Positions 59,908 to 64,000 of a stretch of 64,000 nucleotides of DNA are shown piece by piece. The stretch comes from Fistulifera solaris (taxonomy: Eukaryota). A program made the translations under genes and the position numbers. Each line of letters begins with the position of its first letter. Position 1 is the first letter of the stretch. The stretch covers positions 310,001-374,000 of the forward strand of contig AP026132.1 in NCBI GenBank assembly GCA_030295235.1, given 5' to 3'. The notes beneath the pieces were generated by a model. The model saw only the letters and a program-made list of their open reading frames with translations, was not told the DNA's origin and did not search any database.

Positions 59908-61921
59908 ATGATGATACGGACAAGTCTCCTGATCTGGCTACTCCTGCTCGATGCATCGCACAAGGTGACGTGTTTCGGGGTGAAATCCTGGATCCAACCG
60001 TCGCATCCCACAATTCTTTGGGGAAAGAAAGCGAAACGCAAAGGAGGATCGGGTCAACCGCAACAAGAGAAACAGTCCGTGCAAGATGCGCGCTTTGATG
60101 CCATGACACGTCAGTTTATGTTCACGTTGGTCGGATTAACGAAACGATTGCCCGACAAGTCGAAAGATATTTTACAAGACATCAATTTGTCGTTCTATCC
60201 TGGCGCCAAAATCGGCGTCGTCGGATTGAATGGATCGGGCAAATCGACGCTGCTCAAAATTATGGCCGGTCTCGATACGGAATTCGATGGAACAGCGCGT
60301 CCGTTGCCGGGCGCTTCCATTGGATACTTGTCACAAGAACCGGAACTCACGGCGGCGACCGTACAGGAATGTGTCGATCAAGCCGTGGCATCCTCACAGG
60401 CCATTTTGGATGAATTCCAAGAAGTGAGTATGAAATTGGGGGATCCGGATTTGACACCGGAAGAGATGGAGCGCATCATGACCAAGACCGATCAACTCAA
60501 CAACAAAATTGAAGCCGCCAATTTGTGGGAACTTGAACGAATTGTGGCTCGTGCCCAAGATTCCTTGCGCCTGCCTCCGGGGGGATGCTTTGACCAAGAA
60601 CTTGTCGGGCGGAGAGAAACGACGAGTGGCGTTGTGTCAGTTGTTGTTGGCCAATCATGATATGTTGTTGTTAGATGAGCCGACAAATCATTTGGGTGAG
60701 TGCGCGTATTTACTGTGATAACGACTTGTCTATGATCCATGCTGACAATTGTCTCTTCAAGATGCCGAGTCGATTCAGTGGCTCGAACAATACTTGGACC
60801 GATTCGAAGGAACGGTGGTCTGCATTACTCACGATCGGTATTTCTTAGAAAATGTCGCGGAATGGATTCTCGAATTAGATCGAGGAAAGGGCATTCCCCA
60901 CAAGGGAAATTACAGTTCATGGCTGGAAGCCAAAAACAAGCGGCTAGCTGACGAGAAGCGAGAGCAAACCGCAGCCTCCAAAGCTGTTCAAGCCGAACTG
61001 GAGTGGATTCGCTCGAATCCAAAAGCCAAAGGAAACAAAAGCAAAGCCCGATTGAATCGATACGACGAGCTGTTGGCCGCCGCGGCACCGAAAGAGATGC
61101 GAAATGCCGGTCAAATCTACATTCCACCCGGTCCACGTCTAGGAAATGTAGTGATCGATTTTCAGAACGTCAAGAAATCGTTTGGTGATCGACTGTTAAT
61201 GAATGACTTGTCCTTTTCGATTCCTCCTGCTGGAATTGTCGGAGTGTAAGTACGAACTATTTTATTTCTGTTCTTTTGATTGTGAATCTCTAACGAACTG
61301 AGTTTCGGCTTTAGAATCGGCCCAAATGGAGCCGGAAAAAGTACTCTTATTAAAATGCTTCTTGGCAAGGAAGAAGTCGATAGTGGCACCATTACGATTG
61401 GCGAAACGGTAAAGCTCGTCACGGTGGGGCAAGATCGCATGGAAGAACTAAACCCTGAAAAGACGGTGTTTGAGGAAGTATCAGGAGGATTGGAGGAACT
61501 TGAACTTGGTACACAGACCGTGCAAAGCAGGGCCTATTTATCGTGGTTTGGCTTCAAAGGCGCACAACAACAAGCTTTTGTCGGCAATCTATCTGGCGGT
61601 GAACGAAATCGCGTGCAACTGGCTAAAATACTGAAAACGGGTGCGAATATGATTATTTTGGATGAACCTACCAATGACTTGGACGTCGAAGTTCTCCGTA
61701 GTTTGGAAGAAGCCCTTTTAAACTTTGCGGGATGCGCCATGGTTGTGTCACATGACCGGTACTTCTTGGACCGCATCGCGACTCATATTTTGGCGTGTGA
61801 AGGCGATAGTCAATGGTATTTCTTCCCGGGAAACTATGCCGACTACGAGGAAAGCCGCTTCCAACGGCTGGGTGAGCGAAGCATCAAGAGGGTCACTTTT
61901 GCGCCGCTAGTCCAGTCTTAG
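59908..61921 (+). CDS. ettA: ABC-F translation factor EttA/ChvD-like with bipartite presequence; extra G near 60580; introns 60696-60761 and 61246-61314
   Basis: [68 protein letters not shown] and LSGGERNRV match EttA motifs. Confidence 0.88.
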
Positions 61922-62544
61922 ATCGTAACTGCAGCATCTAGAGCTTATGTTAATTATACATATCGACAGGTATGGAATAAGAACATCGTTTTTGTCGTTC
62001 CCTGTACTGCAAGTGATGATCATTACCGCGCGAAGCGTCTTGTTTGTTACAGTAACATGTTTGCGAGGTACTTAGTTTGCCAAATGGTTTCCCAAGTCAC
62101 ATCAATGCCGCAATTAAAGCAATACATTTACGGTGAGCGGTAGAGGACGCTTCCACCTCAGCATTATTGGAGTTGGTGTGACTACCAGGTACGGCTTTCT
62201 TTCATGAAAATGTGGGAAGAAACATGGGAGCATGTCGAATGGTTTTTCATGAAGATTGATGTCGCACCGCAAGTTTTGTAGTTATATAAGCAGTACCGCT
62301 CAGATATAATCTAACGTTTTTACATAAAATAACAGTGCCGTATCATTCGGGAACATGTACATAAATGAGGCAAGTGATTTGACCGAACGAAGGCAAAAGA
62401 GCATTCAATTTGTCGCCGCGAAAGGCAGCACTCGAAGAGCATTACAATGTAAACTTTCATAAGAGGAGTTCACCACAAGAAAGAGAGTTCAAAGAGAAAT
62501 ACGTTTATCAGCCGCAGGGTTACAGTAACGCGGGGATATATAAA

Positions 62545-64000
62545 ATGGACGCGTACCGAAGGTTTCAACGCAAAAAAGAAAAAAGAGAGACTGGCCCAAG
62601 AGCGCAGAGAACAACAAGAAAGAGAACAAGAAGAACTTCGGCGGCGAGCAAATGCAAGACTACTAGGCCTCAGTCAAGCGTCTCATTCAGAAGACGAAAA
62701 TGATAGCCCGACGAAACACGATAATTCACCGGAACACATCGAGCCCGCAGCACGGCGAACGCAAGAAAACTCCATGCCAGTCGCTCGGCCGGCTGAGAAG
62801 CTTTTTCATCAACAGCCATAACGAGCGCCAAACAGGCTGGGATTAGACCTACGTATAGCCAGCTGTCTCAAGTATCATGGTCGTCACCAGCTTCATCAAA
62901 AGTCAGAGCCAATCAGCGTCGTGCCGACGAAACCAGTTCGGAGGATGAGGACGATTTTGACCTTCTTGCCTTTTCCAGTGCAGCTCAACCTCCAAAGCCT
63001 GCTGCAAACAAATTCCCTTCCATCTCAAGTCCCCCTTCTCGGCCTTTGCAGGATCATGTCGATTCTCTTAGAGATTCAGAACCTTTTCGTGAACGAAAGT
63101 CACCCCGAAACCCGCACACATTGTCTCTGGCAGCACAATCACCTGTAAAAGCCATTCCGTTGCGATTGACAAACAACAACAACGATGACGACCTTTGGAG
63201 TGACACAGATAACGAAGAAGAACATATAGAGAAAACAAAGGCTGAGAAAGTTACAAAGCCCTTGAAGAAAAAGCCGAAGAAGAGTAGAGCCTACGTAGAG
63301 TACGATCGCGATGCTAGTGAGCCTTTATCAAAAAAGTCGCGGCTCGAAGACGACGATGATGCTGACATTGATCCGACGGAAGAGAAGCCCTTTTTCGAAA
63401 ATCCCAAATTCGGTCCGCTGGAATTTGAGCCTTTTGTTCTGAACCCAGGCAACCTGGGCATCGAGAGCCCGGTCTGTGTACCGGCGACTATCAGTCGTTA
63501 TCTTCCACCTTATCAAAAGAGGGGATCAAGTTCTTGTACGATCGAGCCATCACTAGCGATCATGGGGCTGTTCTTGGAGATGGTAAGTCCTCGCAGTTTC
63601 TCTTCCTTTCTTTCGTTGTAAATTGGATTCACGTTCACTTCATCATTGTGTTCTAAACACCCGTTCAATCGTAGATATGGGTTTAGGGAAAACGGTACAA
63701 GTCATTGGTCTTCTTTCTGCGTTGTTGAAGAAAAAAGGAGACGGAAGTGATCTGATTGAGCTTATACGAAGAGAGAAGGAAGCAAGAAAGAACTTGATCG
63801 CTTTTCAGAACTTCACAGATAAAGCTTTGAACGAAGGCATTATTCCAGTTACGAATTCGACACAAGAGCACCTGCTGCGCCAACAAGCGCTACCTAAGTG
63901 GGCGCCAATATTGATTATCGCTCCAAATTCCGTGCTCAAGAACTGGATCAATGATTTTGCCACATGGGGGCACTTTAGCGTGGTAGAGTACCGTGGAGAG
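62545..64000 (+). CDS. SNF2-family helicase (ERCC6/ERCC6L2-like), 5' part, runs off the window; intron 63583-63674; frameshifts
   Basis: VPATISRYLPPYQ, spliced GAVLGD|DMGLGKTVQ (motif I) and PILIIAPNSVLKNW...WGHF (motif Ia). Confidence 0.85.

Overview
Eukaryotic nuclear DNA from a diatom, probably a raphid pennate (diatom-type 18S/5.8S/28S, bipartite plastid presequences, short GT-AG introns); the species cannot be fixed without a search. The window holds one complete, intron-free rDNA unit on the minus strand (18S-ITS1-5.8S-ITS2-28S, about 9.7-15.5 kb) set between protein-coding genes, and a 227-bp Stowaway-like MITE. Housekeeping genes include eL29, acyl-protein thioesterase, CANT1-type apyrase, TrpD, a RidA-family protein, a PDK-like kinase, V-ATPase subunit c, an SR protein, an RluA-family synthase, EttA and a SNF2 helicase. 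The most unusual content is seven type-I membrane protein genes. Two giant head-to-head paralogs have Cys-flanked EF-hand-like ectodomain repeats and acidic cytosolic tails. Five are single-pass proteins with a cytosolic PDZ domain, four of them clustered at 33.5-46.2 kb with a DUF4258-like/vWA/alpha-kinase gene inside the cluster. Many genes are broken by single-base frameshifts, mostly in homopolymer runs. These look like assembly errors, so several gene models were joined across ORFs by eye and their boundaries are approximate.
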